From Haliotis rufescens (lineage: Eukaryota): a DNA stretch of 64,000 nucleotides. Shown piece by piece: positions 51,714 to 64,000 of this stretch. A program made the position numbers and the translations under genes. Below the pieces are notes generated by a model, which searched no databases, was not told where the DNA came from, and was given only the letters and a program-made list of their open reading frames with translations. Position 1 is the first letter of the stretch, and each line of letters opens with the position of its first letter. The DNA lies in NCBI RefSeq assembly GCF_023055435.1, contig NW_025964112.1:64046001-64110000 (forward strand). The letters run 5' to 3'.

Positions 51714-52041
51714 GAGGTGGTGAGGTGGGGTGAAATGGGGATTAACGTCACATTCAAGATTATTGCATTTATATAGCGACGTGGATGCACGTGTGTGTGT
51801 GTGTGTGCGCGCGCACGCATCTGCTGGTACTAGTCTTGACTAATGCCATTTGAAGTGCTAGCCCTATGAGATGCAATGCCACAGTTTAACATGAATATCC
51901 CACTCAGACACAGTATACTGACTCCGCAGGCCAGGCAGGGTAACAACAAATACAATATTTTAACTTCTCTTGATATGATGGGACCGGGGATCAAAACCCA
52001 AACCTTTCGCTCTCCAGGCGGATGCTCTACCACTAGACTAC
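51714..52041 (-). mobile_element. SINE family D (tRNA-like head, (CACCT)n tail); related pieces at 33400-33551 (+) and 51191-51455 (-)
   Basis: Head GTAGTCTAGTGGTAGAGCATCCGCC on the minus strand; 3' end matches 33490-33551. Confidence 0.7.
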
Positions 52042-53939
52042 AAAGGCCATTTTAAGTATCAGCAGATTAAAGAAGTTATAGACGGCATACAGACACGTTC
52101 CACACAAAAGACCTTGGTTGACGAAGAAGCAATTGGATCATGTTGAAATACTGATACTTGTTTGAACTTTGAGTACAAGCAGATAAAATAGAAAGGAATA
52201 GTTTTTACAAGCATTAAAGATTATACAAACTAATGTAAAAAAGCTTTGAAAAATAAACATTAATTTATTTTGTGAGAAAACTTTTCTTCTTGGTCAAGAT
52301 TATGTGTCAAACCTGAGCACCATTCTTGACAGAATACAGAACACATCAAAGAAAGTGCACATCTGCTAAGGAAATATTTCCAGGAATAATAATAATATTT
52401 GTATTATCATTTTGCGTAGAGATATAATAAAGGGAGACACATTGAATCAGCAGTGATATTTTGAATAACGAGGAAGACTTTCATAAAAGAAAATTCACTA
52501 GTCACCATCATATAAGTGCTAAATCAAATCAGGTTTTGTAGCAATGAATATGTCTTTGAACTTTAGAACATGTATCTAAATTTCATGATGAGTGTAGCCG
52601 ATTATATTTGATGACAATCTTCATTATTCTCAGTTGGAATCTACATACATCATTCTCTCAGATGTATACCACTGGTTGTCTACATTTGTTACAATCTATA
52701 ATTTACTTTCGCCTGAACTTTCACTTATCCCACTTGTACTGCAACATTGTCTTTGAGGAAAGCATTAAACATTTTTGTTGATGCTATTCATATCTTAACT
52801 ACTTAGTACTGGCATTATGGCTATGGATGCAGGGTCAGCCTTTTAGCCTGTAGAACTGTAGATTTTGTAATAAGAACAGTTATAGTCATCATGACGCCTT
52901 GTTGCAGACTGTCTCATACTGAATTCAGGGCAGGACAAGTAGGGGTTCAACAACTCACCCACAGCCTACATCAGTTTAAGTATGACTATATATTTGTACA
53001 CTGACATACTGATATACAGTTACACTTTCACCCCATCCTGGACTACGGACCAAAAATTGTATTTGTTAAATTTAAACTTTCCTCTGTCATCAACTTGTGT
53101 CACTCATCAACTTGTCATAATAAATGTCTGTATGGTCCTCTTCTCCCGACGTTAGATACATTCAACGTTTAACATCAAAAGCAAAACTCTGAAGGGTAAA
53201 GATGAACTGCAGTACATGCATTGAAGGAGAAGCATAGTAACACTTAGTAACAGCACATATATCTTATAGCTGGTTTGGTCAAGGCGAGGGTCTTTGATGT
53301 CCATTCGATTCATGCTCCCTGTAATTTCAAATGTCTTTTTCGCGAAGATACGTCACCTTTACCGCCAACAAATTACTGTCATAATGAACATAGTACTTTT
53401 ATTTCATTCTTGATAAATGAGCAATCATAATAAACACGTACATGTACAGTATTTATCCAGAACATAACGATTTACTTCCGCAGGAACTGATACCGAAAAT
53501 GACTTCTCCCTGAAGACTGTGAAAGTAGGTCACATTTGAACAAGACCGTACACGAGCCCCTGCACATGTAATTTCGCATTTAGCTGCAGTTAAAGATATT
53601 CAGCATATGCGAATCAGTTCTAAGTATGGACCATATTTTCGCAAATAAAACAATTTATTTTTTTGCAAAGCGTCAACCCAATTAACCTACACGTTGTTAT
53701 AAAGCCGGTACATTTTGATCACTGTGACGGAATCCCCCCTCATCGTTTTCCAAGCACCTTGAGGTATTCCTCCGCTAACAATGTACTGCCCTATTCCAAG
53801 CGCCCTTGTTTATGCAAACATTTTAATCATCGGCGAGACCATATCAATCAATTTAGCTATATGATCGTACATGTATGTGGAAAAATAATAACTGGAATGA
53901 TATCAATCCACTAAACTAAGGAACTATTTCTTGTGCGCT

Positions 53940-54580
53940 GGGATACCGATAGCATCAATCCAAGATGGCTGATGCTGGAAGGAGAGTTCATTCTATGGGT
54001 CACGCTCACTGTTAGGTCTAATAAGACAATTTACTCTCTTTCCAGATAGATATTACCTACATTAGAAATTGCATTATTGCTCATATATAAGGATTATTGT
54101 GTTCACAAGCAAGGACTTGCTTAAGGTAAGTGGGACCCCTTAATTTTATGCATCGAGCTTGTTCACATTTGCTACTGTGTTGTGAATTTCGCAGACAATG
54201 ATGAAGAGGCCGATGCCTGATTGCGAAGGCCAATTAGCCTAGATTTTTGTTTCGTAGCAATCTTCTTCCAGTCTGCCGTTTCGTTCAATTATGAATGCTC
54301 TTGCTTGTTTATCACTGTCTCTCATCTTCATTATTTGCTTGTTTTTCTATCGTAGGTGTTTTTACCCTCTATACCGGCCGGGCTAGAGACTTGCAGTGTC
54401 CCGGGCTGGCGGTAGTCTCTTCTGTACTCACGTTGCCCATTGACTAAGTGTCGACACTATGCTACATGTCCTCTGACTACAACTTTGAATTTCCAGATGG
54501 AAAGCCATCCACATGACATCAAAAATGCAGATCTGTGCATCTTCTGATTTTAGGCCTTCGATCTTGGATCTTAATGGACG
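53940..54580 (+). promoter_or_regulatory. Probable promoter and 5' UTR exons of the AT-hook gene (exon ending 54125; exon 54356-54580)
   Basis: YY1-like CAAGATGGC at 53961; strong donor AAG|GTAAGT at 54125/54126; polypyrimidine tract plus TAG acceptor at 54355; donor G|GTAAGA at 54580/54581. Confidence 0.5.
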
Positions 54581-57500
54581 GTAAGAGTGAGTGGCTTATG
54601 ATTGTGTTGACAGTACTCAATCAACATGATATAGATCCATTAGGTTGAATAAACACTGAAATGAGTTTGAAGTAGAGTGTGGCCATCACTTTCTAACCTA
54701 AAATGGTAGTAATTTCATTGAATGATTCATACAGCGACAGTGCCTTCCCCAAACATTGAAAAAGCAGGTCCCGCCCCCCACCCCAAAAACATGCAGATTT
54801 GAGAAGGTAATTCGTGTCTGGATGGGTCTCTGATTGTTTGCACATCACTATTTCATCTTTTAAAGCGCATTCTTGACCATGCACATTTCTTGCACTTGAA
54901 TGTGAATAGTGTATTTTTGTACTCAATATATTTTCTTAAGATCCTTTGATCTAATAAGTAAGTTTCAACTTCACATAAATGCTATTTCATGTTCTACCTT
55001 CGTTATTCTGGAAAACACCAAAGTATGAAGTAAGTGTAAACATTACACACTCTTATGTATGTTGCATGCTTTTGAATAAATACATTCAATGTTAAAGTTT
55101 TATCAGTAATAGGCGATCCACATAAATAATTTAGAATGGCAATCCATGTTTTCCATGTTCATTCATTTAGAGTAAACTTATCTTTTTTAGCAATTCTGTT
55201 GAGAAAAACTTATCATGTAATTTCTATTTTTCTTTGAACAAATAAAGTAAGTAAGGAATTCATTGTAGTATGTTAATATGAGCAATAAGGTTCATTAAAT
55301 GTTGAGTATCTGGAAATACACATTATCAGATGTTGTCAAATATAAGTAATATTTCATCATGGTCAGTAATGTGAACTGTTTCCAGTAGTGTGAACTCTAC
55401 TGTACATGTCTTCTTGTCATGGTACTGCAGGTGATGCATTTTGGTACATTGCATTTTGCAAGTTATATTGTCAGATTTTAACATTAACCAGTGCACTTCT
55501 ATGTTGTCAGTAGCTGATTGTAGCAGTGCAGTATGCACCTAACATTTTCTGCTGATGCTTTAGATTAACACAAACTTACCTTATACTCATCTAGTAGTTA
55601 TTTTGTAAGAAGTTTGTAAACGAATGTATTGAAATATATCTGATGTATGTCTATGTATTTATGCATATATTTATTTTCACCATGTTGATTGTAGTATTAT
55701 TTGACAATGACAAGTGTTTTTTATCATATATGTAGTCTTAAATTCCATTGTTTTTAATTTTGTTTCATGATACAATTTGTGTTATGATGAGGGTACCACA
55801 CACGGTCATGATTCTTCTTGTCTTGAGACTAGTGATTAAATTATAAGGACAAGTTTTTTTCTAAGACTTGTAGTCCAAAATAAATTGTGGACTACTTGTA
55901 TTTAACTAGAGGTGTCTATGCCAATATTTACAAGAAATAATTTTTGAATACATGTAATTAATACATTACATTATTGATGATGTTCTTCATTAGAGTAAGT
56001 CTTTGAAAGGCATTTAGAAGTGATACACATAAGGAAGAGAATTAATGGATATCAACTTAATAATGAAGTTGACATCCATAAATTCTCTTCCATATGTTCT
56101 ACATTGATGTCCAACAATGGGAGACAACTCTGAAATTAGAACATTAGAAGATATTCCTATTCATATAAATAGCTATGCTTGTCACAACTGTTAGGAAAAA
56201 ACTGTTTCTATCTTAAGTGAAATTCATTAGGAATCAAATAATTTAGTTTTACATTGATAAAGATGTCAGAAAAATGAAACTTGCAAAAAACTCATGCATC
56301 ACCTTTGATATGTTCTAGTGATTTTAGTGGTATTGCATCAATTGGCAATTTTAGCCACAGGTATGATGCCAGGATTTAGTAAAACATTTCAATTTACCCC
56401 ATATCAGATATGTTCAGATTGCAATCAACTGTAATGATTTTGCAGTAGACTCAAAATGTTTGTGCCCAGTTTGTGTCCTATATAAACTTTTTAAAGCCCA
56501 GCCCCCAGCTTAGTTTTGCAAAGATAATTGTTCATTTCAACATTGCTATCACTAAATGAATTCATGTTAAGACAAACAAAGAACAATTTGTTATTTTTTT
56601 TCTGAATAATTTTAAAAGAAACACGTCATTCTATCAAGAGATGAAAGAGGGTGATTGTGCAGACAAATTGATTTTGAAGTGATATATTGGCTTAGATTAA
56701 ACATGTATGGATAAATGATGAATTGGAGTTGACAGTTATTAGCCATTATACCTTGGCTTCTTACTTTTGATTTTCAAAGGGCGCACAATAAAAAACCCTG
56801 ATGTGATAGACTGTCCACGCTGTTTCAGAACAACTCACTTTTTTAAATTAACTCATTAAAACATAAGTGAGCTATTGCCATATGCTAATGTTTTGCCCGA
56901 AGAATCGTATGAAATTGAAAAGTCAACGATGCATCATTCAAGGGGGTAGTGATGCAGAATTATTACCAAACTTGGAGCCTGTACCTAAGAAGTATTCTGT
57001 ACCACATGATTTGTGTGCTAGGACCTTTTTAATTTATGTTACATGCCAGTCCAACGCTATAGGCATGAGATACTTGGTTATATATTATATGACATGAAAA
57101 TCATCAGTTCAAAGTTTTAAGAAACAGGGTTTTATGATTGACCCTAATGACCATTTTCGCGTGTGGCTGGTCCCAACAGATCCTCAAATCATAACATACA
57201 CTTGATTAATACTTTTGTATATATACTGAACAAGACTTGCTATGGTCTCCATTTGTATAAAGATTTTAAATTAATATGTTTGAAACATGAAGTATGTTTT
57301 GACAGTTTGGAAAGGAAGACAGCTGTGTATGACTTTAGTTTGAAGTCGAGTAAAGTTCTGTTTGGTCTGCTAAGTTCAGCTAATGAAAGTATATAACGAT
57401 ACCAATTCTACTGAAAATGTAGCTAAGAGTCAAAATTGCTCCAGTTTACTCAAAAGTTTTGATCACAGTCTGACAAAATATAATTAATGCTTTTCCCATA

Positions 57501-57749
57501 AGTCAAGTTGATTGTTACTCCAATTAGCCTGTTTGTCTGTCGTGCGTTGTCTGCCCTTCATCGTAGACATTTTCCACTTAGAAACCAGTGAAGCTGAAAT
57601 TTCACATACTTCTTCCTACCAGTGATGGCATCCCAATTTGTTCCAAAAGTGTGAATCAGATTTTCAGTACCTATTTATTATTCATCTCCTCAGAAATGAA
57701 ACATCACATGATAATTTTCACCAGTGATGTCACCTGAAGTTCTTCAATA

Positions 57750-57925
57750 GGGATCGGGTGGTCAGGCTTGCTGACTTGGTTGATGCAGGTCATCGATCCC
57801 AATTGCGTTGATCAATGCTCATATCAATCACTGGATTGTCAGGCCCAGACTCGATTATTTACAGACCACTGTCGTATAGCTGGAATATTGCTGAGTGTGG
57901 CGTAAAACAACAAACCAATCAATCA
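57750..57925 (+). mobile_element. Family C, 5'-truncated
   Basis: Aligns to the 3' two-thirds of family C. Confidence 0.8.
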
Positions 57926-60900
57926 ATTAGTTCGAATCTGATTTCAATATGGCCACCACAGCAGCCATATTAAAAAAATCTTTTTATTTCACGTAAATTG
58001 GCCATGCTTGTAAAAAATGTAATGAAATTTGGTGTGTGCTTATTAAGTGGCTATCTTTGTTGACATTATAAACTGTAAACTACATACCCAGGTGAGCCAC
58101 AGTGACATGGCACCTTTTTTTTTCACTAAAGCAACATATTTCAATGCTGAATAAATCTGTATTGAGGAGTAAATAGGTTCTGAAACTTGACTGCTGTGGT
58201 TAAAGAAACACCTGACAAATATCAATGAAATATGACCAAACTTCCACTTATCCTGCTTCTGGAATAGAGTATATGTACTACATGTAAGAACACTGTACCT
58301 CCTACCATGCGAGTATAGAGAATACCCTTTCGTACAGAATGCTTTCATTGGAACCAAACATTCACTGTTATGAATTGTTATATAACGCGCATGTTGTAAT
58401 TATAGAGGCCAAATGTGACCTGATAAATATTGTGTGCTAAGAATTTTGTTTTTGTAAAAACAGCTAGAGGGCAGTCATTGAAAGTCTAAATGTTGATGTA
58501 TCGATTCAATGTGTCTCCCTAGTCAGTATCAATACACAAAGTTAAAAGAGGGTATTAACATGATAAGGATGGAACAATTTATGAAACTATTAATGGATTG
58601 CGATTGCCCATGGCCTGATTGCAATACATGGATCACAAATTAAAATGTCAATAGTTAACACAAGGTTCATGCAGGCTTGACAATACCTTGAATTTGGCAG
58701 TCTGGCCTTGAAAGGTCCTTTAGGCAGTATGGACTTAAAGCAGTGTTAGAAACTGGCACTAGTCCTATAGTCCTTGCCAAACTGCCCAGTGGTAAAGGTA
58801 TCATACGGACTAGTAGAAATTTGCCCTTTTTAAGGGTTTTGCTATATGTTATCATTATAAGGCCTAGTGGACGAAAACTGTTAGTTTCTAACCCTGCTTA
58901 AAGGACCTTAATTTAGGCAGTCCAGTCTTGAAAGGGCCTTACATTAGGCTGTCCAGTCTTGAAAGGGCCATCAATTTGAGTCTGCCTTGAAAGGCCATTT
59001 CCATACAATTATTTATTCCCAGCAGAAAGAGTAATGCTTGATGACATGTAGAAAACAACATATGTCTGTAACTCAATTGATAAATATTTTTGAAGAACAT
59101 TTTAAATGTGTGACTGATTGCATCATCTGACACTGAAATATATAAGTAAGAATGTCCTAAGATATCTGTTTAATAGAACACTTGGATCTTGCTTTTAGCT
59201 GGGAAAGTGTTAACTTTGCATTGAAAAGCCATAAAAAGGCTTTGGATTGGTGGCTCAAGTTTTGTATGAACCATACTGTGATAAACCTAGGATTTATTTG
59301 AGGTGGTCCCTAGGGCCCATAGACCTTGAAAATTGTGGGCCTATCCATGATTATTAAGGACATGCAGTAAATGTGACGGCTGTAAACAAGCACATGAAGC
59401 ATGCAAGGCTACATAAAAATGCTGAAAAATGTATTTGTTCAAACCGAATGTTTAGAAGTTAAGGCTTCTTCTGTGCATACGTCAGTGTTGGTTACTGTAG
59501 TCAAAAATCAAAGTTAATTCAGTAGTTTTTAAAAATCGGGCATAGGTTTCTACCTGCCAGGTCTGGGGACAATACTGCCTTTAATCTCAAACCCCCACCC
59601 CCATCCCACCCCGGTGGACTAGCAACTCTACATATTACCAGTCCCTCCAACTTTGAACAAATAAAAAAAACTATGCAAATTACCTGGTTTTAATTCTTTC
59701 AACATCGTGTTCAATGCATACAAAATAGACTGCAGGAACCCTGATAACAACAGACAAGCTGACTTGGTTTGAAAAATATACTGTATTGATTATTTTAGAA
59801 GTTTTGTTCAAGAACAAAGATTTATAAGGTAATTTATTTGCCGGTCCACAGGGACTGACAGTCACATGAATTACCAGTCCAAGCCTAAGTTGACTGGTTA
59901 TTACGGGTTAACGGGAGTACTGATATATCATCGTGTCATGAACAATAATAAGGGCATGATGCTGAGAACACTGATCGAAAACAGGACAATGACATTTGTT
60001 ACTGAACATTCTCAGAATGACATGAAACTTAATGAGAACATTTCCTTGGTCATTAGAAAGACTATTTATCAATCAGAGAAATAAGATTACAAATCAAACA
60101 TATTTGTGATTCGGAAATTAACTTCAAACTTGGAATAAGTTTTAAATGGAAAGTGATTGTGTAAAAGGAGTTATATATCAAACATACGTAATGCGCCCAA
60201 GGGCCCATGATATCCAGTTTTGATGCGTTAATTATTACCATAATGCATCAATGCCACAGAAACATGGTCCAGATCTAACCCTGACCATATGACATTGATA
60301 CCATCCCATCACTGGTCGGGGTAGGTGTAATAACATGAAATGTACTGGAATCATTTAATTTTGTTTCCTTTCTTATCTTAATGCAAATTGCTGATATCAA
60401 TTCAGATGACATGTCAAACAATGTGAGAAGTCTACATTGTGGGATAGTAAACTGGTAAAGGCTCGGTTCATACAGATTATTTTTTAGTGTTGCAATAGTA
60501 TTTTGAAATATTGCAGTATCAGGAGTGGTATAACAGTTATAATATGCCCAGTTATCACCTCCAACATTTGCTGAAGTCAGACCATGGATTTATCTAGACA
60601 TGTTCAAAGGCTGATATTCGGCCACAAGTCTCCAGCTGATGTCAGTAAAAATTCCCAAATTGGAAGTAAAAATTTCCCAATTCCTGTTAATATAGTTATA
60701 ACTTTGTAGAGGTAGCTTGTATATCACTGACAACAGGGCCAATAAAGCGTAGGAGACGTTAATGCTTAGTTTTACATTAACACACTGAAAGCAGTGTTTA
60801 AATACCTCAAAATTAAAGAAAATAATAACTTTTTATAATATCCCAATTTTAAACAAAATAATGTTTTTCTCCAAAATTTGCCTGCCACAGACACTTTGTT

Positions 60901-61153
60901 TAGAATCCTGGATAAATCCCTATTGTTAGCTTTCATTGAAGTGTTTTGTATTTTGTCAGTTGTAATTGTAGTCTTTCTAAATGCATAAGGCAAAGGAGTA
61001 ACGTAAACATGAATGACAACAGATAAAAATGTTTGAAATCTTAAAAAACTCCAACTTTAGTGTAAGATTTTAGTGAAATGGTATAATTATGTATCAATAT
61101 AATACAGGTTTCCAATAAATGCCTCTTTTAGTCTGAGGTTTTCATATTGCCAG

Positions 61154-61412
61154 GGTTTGTTTGTTTGTTTGCACTCAGCAGTATTCCAGCTATATGACAG
61201 TGTTCTGTAAAATTATCGAGTCTGGACCAGACAATCCAGTGATTGACATCATGAGCATCGATCCACGCAATTGGGATCGATGACATGTATCAACCAAGTC
61301 AGCGAGCCTGACCACCCGATCCCGTTAATAGCCTTTTACGACAAGCATAGTCGCCTTTTACGGCAAGAATGGGTTGCTGAAGATCTATTCTACCCCAGAA
61401 TCTTCACAGGTC
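61154..61412 (-). mobile_element. Family C, full length
   Basis: 12-bp TSD TCATATTGCCAG; 5' end GACCTGTGAAGATT. Confidence 0.9.
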
Positions 61413-61693
61413 TCATATTGCCAGAGACCTCCGGATAAATGATATTTAATTGTTGTAGTAAACATTGTTTACTGTAAGGCTTTGTGTTATTATATTTTAC
61501 CTGTGGTGATCAGTATGCCACATGCTACTCCAAGAATGCACCTTTGATTGGATTGTAAGCCATGTCATGACGCAAAAATAAGCATGAGATTTTACAAGAA
61601 AACATGTTTTAAGTGTAAAATATCTAGGGAGTGAATCCTGTGAAGAAGAAAAACAATGCCAAGTTCAAAACTGACTAAAACATCACCTAATAC

Positions 61694-61940
61694 ATCTGGG
61701 GTAGAATAGGACTTCAGCAACCCATGCTTGCAATAAAAAGCGACTGTGCTTGTCGTAAAAGGCGACTAACAGGATCGGATGGTCAGGCTCGCTGACTTGG
61801 TTGATGCATGTCATTGTATTCCAATTGCATGGATCGATGCTCATGATCACTGGATTTTCTGGTCCAGACTCAATTATTTACTGACCGCTGTCATATAACT
61901 GGAATATTGCTGATTGTGACGTTAAACAACAAGCAAACAA
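61694..61940 (+). mobile_element. Family C copy
   Basis: Aligns to family C; inverted relative to 61154-61412. Confidence 0.85.
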
Positions 61941-62474
61941 ATAATACATGCCCTTCATGTTCCAATCATAAATTGTAGTTGAAGATTGATCTGTTACTAT
62001 GGTTACGTAAGGTAAATGCAGTAAATAGTATATATTCTTTGTTGGATCGTTGATAGAAGAGAAAAAATATTATTTGATATTACCTCTATTTCAAATGTTA
62101 AACCATTTATATTCATTCATACTTCAAAATGCCCCCATTAGAATTATGCAACCAATAATATTTAAGATCTAAGATTTTAATAATGTAAAAATTATGTTAA
62201 GTAACAACATGCACTGAAATAGCTGGAAAATACTATATTTGTGATGAAGTTAATAATTGATTGGTGTTATCAGACAGATTATGACCAATGATTGACAAAC
62301 ACTAGGATTTGCAGTCCGCCACAAAGTAGTTCATCAATGAAAACACAAGGTTTCAGTTGGAAGATAAAGCTAAGAGTCATCATTGTTCTTGATTATTTAA
62401 TGATTTCTAGATAGTGCAAGCAGAGGGAGAGGTTTACCATGTCAAACTTAATTTGAAATGTTTGAATTTCCCAG

Positions 62475-62979
62475 GTAGCCCAGGAAATCTACAAGGGGAT
62501 GATGGTTTAACTGATGTAGAACCGCCCCTTGACACTGCTGAAGATGTGAACCAAGAGCAGATAACTGGCCAAGGGGATGTAACTCTATTCCCTGGACAGT
62601 CACAACTTAGTGAATCTCATAGCCTGGGGCAAGAAACAGAACTTTATGAAACCGATCCAACATATTTTGGTGAGTCTTTGGCATCATCTTACACAGATGG
62701 TTCTCCGACTGACCTCTTTGAAGAATCTCAACACGCTACAGCTTCATCAGCTTTGGAAAATATAAGTGCTAATGAGTCGTCTCCACCACCATCCTTTTAC
62801 TCACGTCAATTAGACTCCAGTTCACCTGTACAGAACTTGCCTGCAGTAGACCCTAGTGCTATTTTGTCTCCTGAACACGCTGGACGAGGTTATCCCCCCT
62901 TTCCAGTTCTACAACCAGTTAAAAGAGGCCCTGGTCGGCCGAGAAAAGATGGTCAATCACCAATACCCAGAAAACGAAG
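62475..62979 (+). CDS. Coding exon of an AT-hook nuclear protein, possibly a KMT2C/MLL3-like N-terminus; gene continues beyond the window. Probable start ATG GAC G at 54574-54580
   Basis: Open acidic Ser/Pro-rich frame ending KRGPGRPRKDGQSPIPRKR, with acceptor ttcccag at 62474 and donor gtttgt at 62980. The AT-hook context resembles the vertebrate KMT2C N-terminal RGRPRKDGASP (recalled, not searched). A phase-1 join from the 54580 donor gives MDGSPGNL. Confidence 0.7.
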
Positions 62980-63355
62980 GTTTGTGTTAATGATGCTTGT
63001 GTGTAGTCCTACAATCATGACAGTTCACAGTATTCATTTGGATATGTTATCCCTGTTCAATTCTAGAAACTATTGCATGATGCCTCTTGATAGTGATTTC
63101 ATAACTTGTAATGATATCCTTAACAAGTCTTGAAAGTGCCATGAATTCTTCACATTTTGAGTTGTGATTATGTTCTTGTTGACTGTCAGGTAATGTTAGT
63201 ATTTTCTATGCCAGTGGTCGTGGAAGAGTCTTTGGAGCAGGAAGAGGATCCCGGTCATTTTCTGCTGAAAGAGCTTCGTGAGTTCAGCCAAAATTTAGTA
63301 TTCAGCTGATCCTCAATTGCCAGCATGTCCTTAGAACTGACTTTCATCTCCTGAA

Positions 63356-63631
63356 GTGGGGCATGGGTGGCCAAGTCGTCTAAGGCGGCGCGATTCGCTG
63401 TGCAGAGTTGCGTCCCTTGGGCATGCCAGAAAATATGATTGTGGGTTCGAATCCTGGTTCGCCCTTATTATGTTTCTAGGTTTGTCAGCACCATACCCGT
63501 GCTCGTGGGTTTCACCGAAGTCGTAAACGTCTGAGACCTGCATCACTTCGGGCTTTCCTCCCACATTAAGCTGACATGCCGCGATATAACTGGAATACTG
63601 TTAAAAGCGGCGTTAAACCAAACTCACTCAC
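63356..63631 (+). mobile_element. SINE family A, full length
   Basis: A and B boxes, (ACTC)n tail, 12-bp TSD TCATCTCCTGAA. Confidence 0.92.
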
Positions 63632-64000
63632 TCATCTCCTGAATATCAGTGTAGTATAAGTGAAATAGACAAGGAGACATGTTTTTTATCCTGAGTTTTA
63701 TGTTGAATTTTTATTAATGAGATTGAATCCTATCCCCTACTTATTGTAATTATTATTATATAAGTAGAACCTTCCAACGTTAAATTTCTACTCACTTTCT
63801 TGCTCTATCACATTCCTCTCAGTTTTGGTGGGGGGAGTGGAGCGAGGGTGTGGGTGGGGAGGGGGAAGATCATGATACTATATTCTTTTCTTAATAGGGG
63901 CAGTTGGAATTTTGATATTGAACCACGCAAGGCGATTGAAACGCCCAATTAAGCTCTTGATAAAAGCCTCGTTCCTGTGATATTGTGGGAGACAGCTTGA

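Overview
Repeat-rich animal genomic DNA with GT-AG introns. The SINE and satellite landscape suggests an invertebrate, probably a mollusc (inference only). I spliced the genes by hand, checking exon phases. (1) A 661-aa type-I membrane carboxylesterase/cholinesterase-fold protein with neuroligin-like architecture (+, 1098-5198, 4 coding exons). (2) A convergent, complete 18-exon, 752-aa M28B peptidase of the NAALADase/glutamate carboxypeptidase II family (-, 6386-19998). (3, 4) Two tandem paralogues encoding small secreted proteins of no family I recognise (+, 24524-29854 and 34272-37301), embedded in satellite arrays. (5) The 5' part of an AT-hook gene resembling the KMT2C N-terminus (+, from about 53.9 kb, running off the window). 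Mobile DNA: a disabled Tc1/mariner element, a decayed Gypsy LTR element with integrase before RT (Gmr1-like order), a MITE, a LINE fragment and four SINE-like families. The two strongest leads: (a) exon 2 of the second secreted paralogue has been amplified, with its splice donor, into a 33-unit 45-bp array of frame-compatible exon cassettes; (b) a SINE-like family without a tRNA head starts at a fixed 5' end in TSD-bounded copies and begins with a stem plus pseudoknot that shows compensatory changes in a separate 75-bp tandem array, making it a candidate structured RNA or ribozyme. Most long ORFs in the ORF track are translations of satellites.
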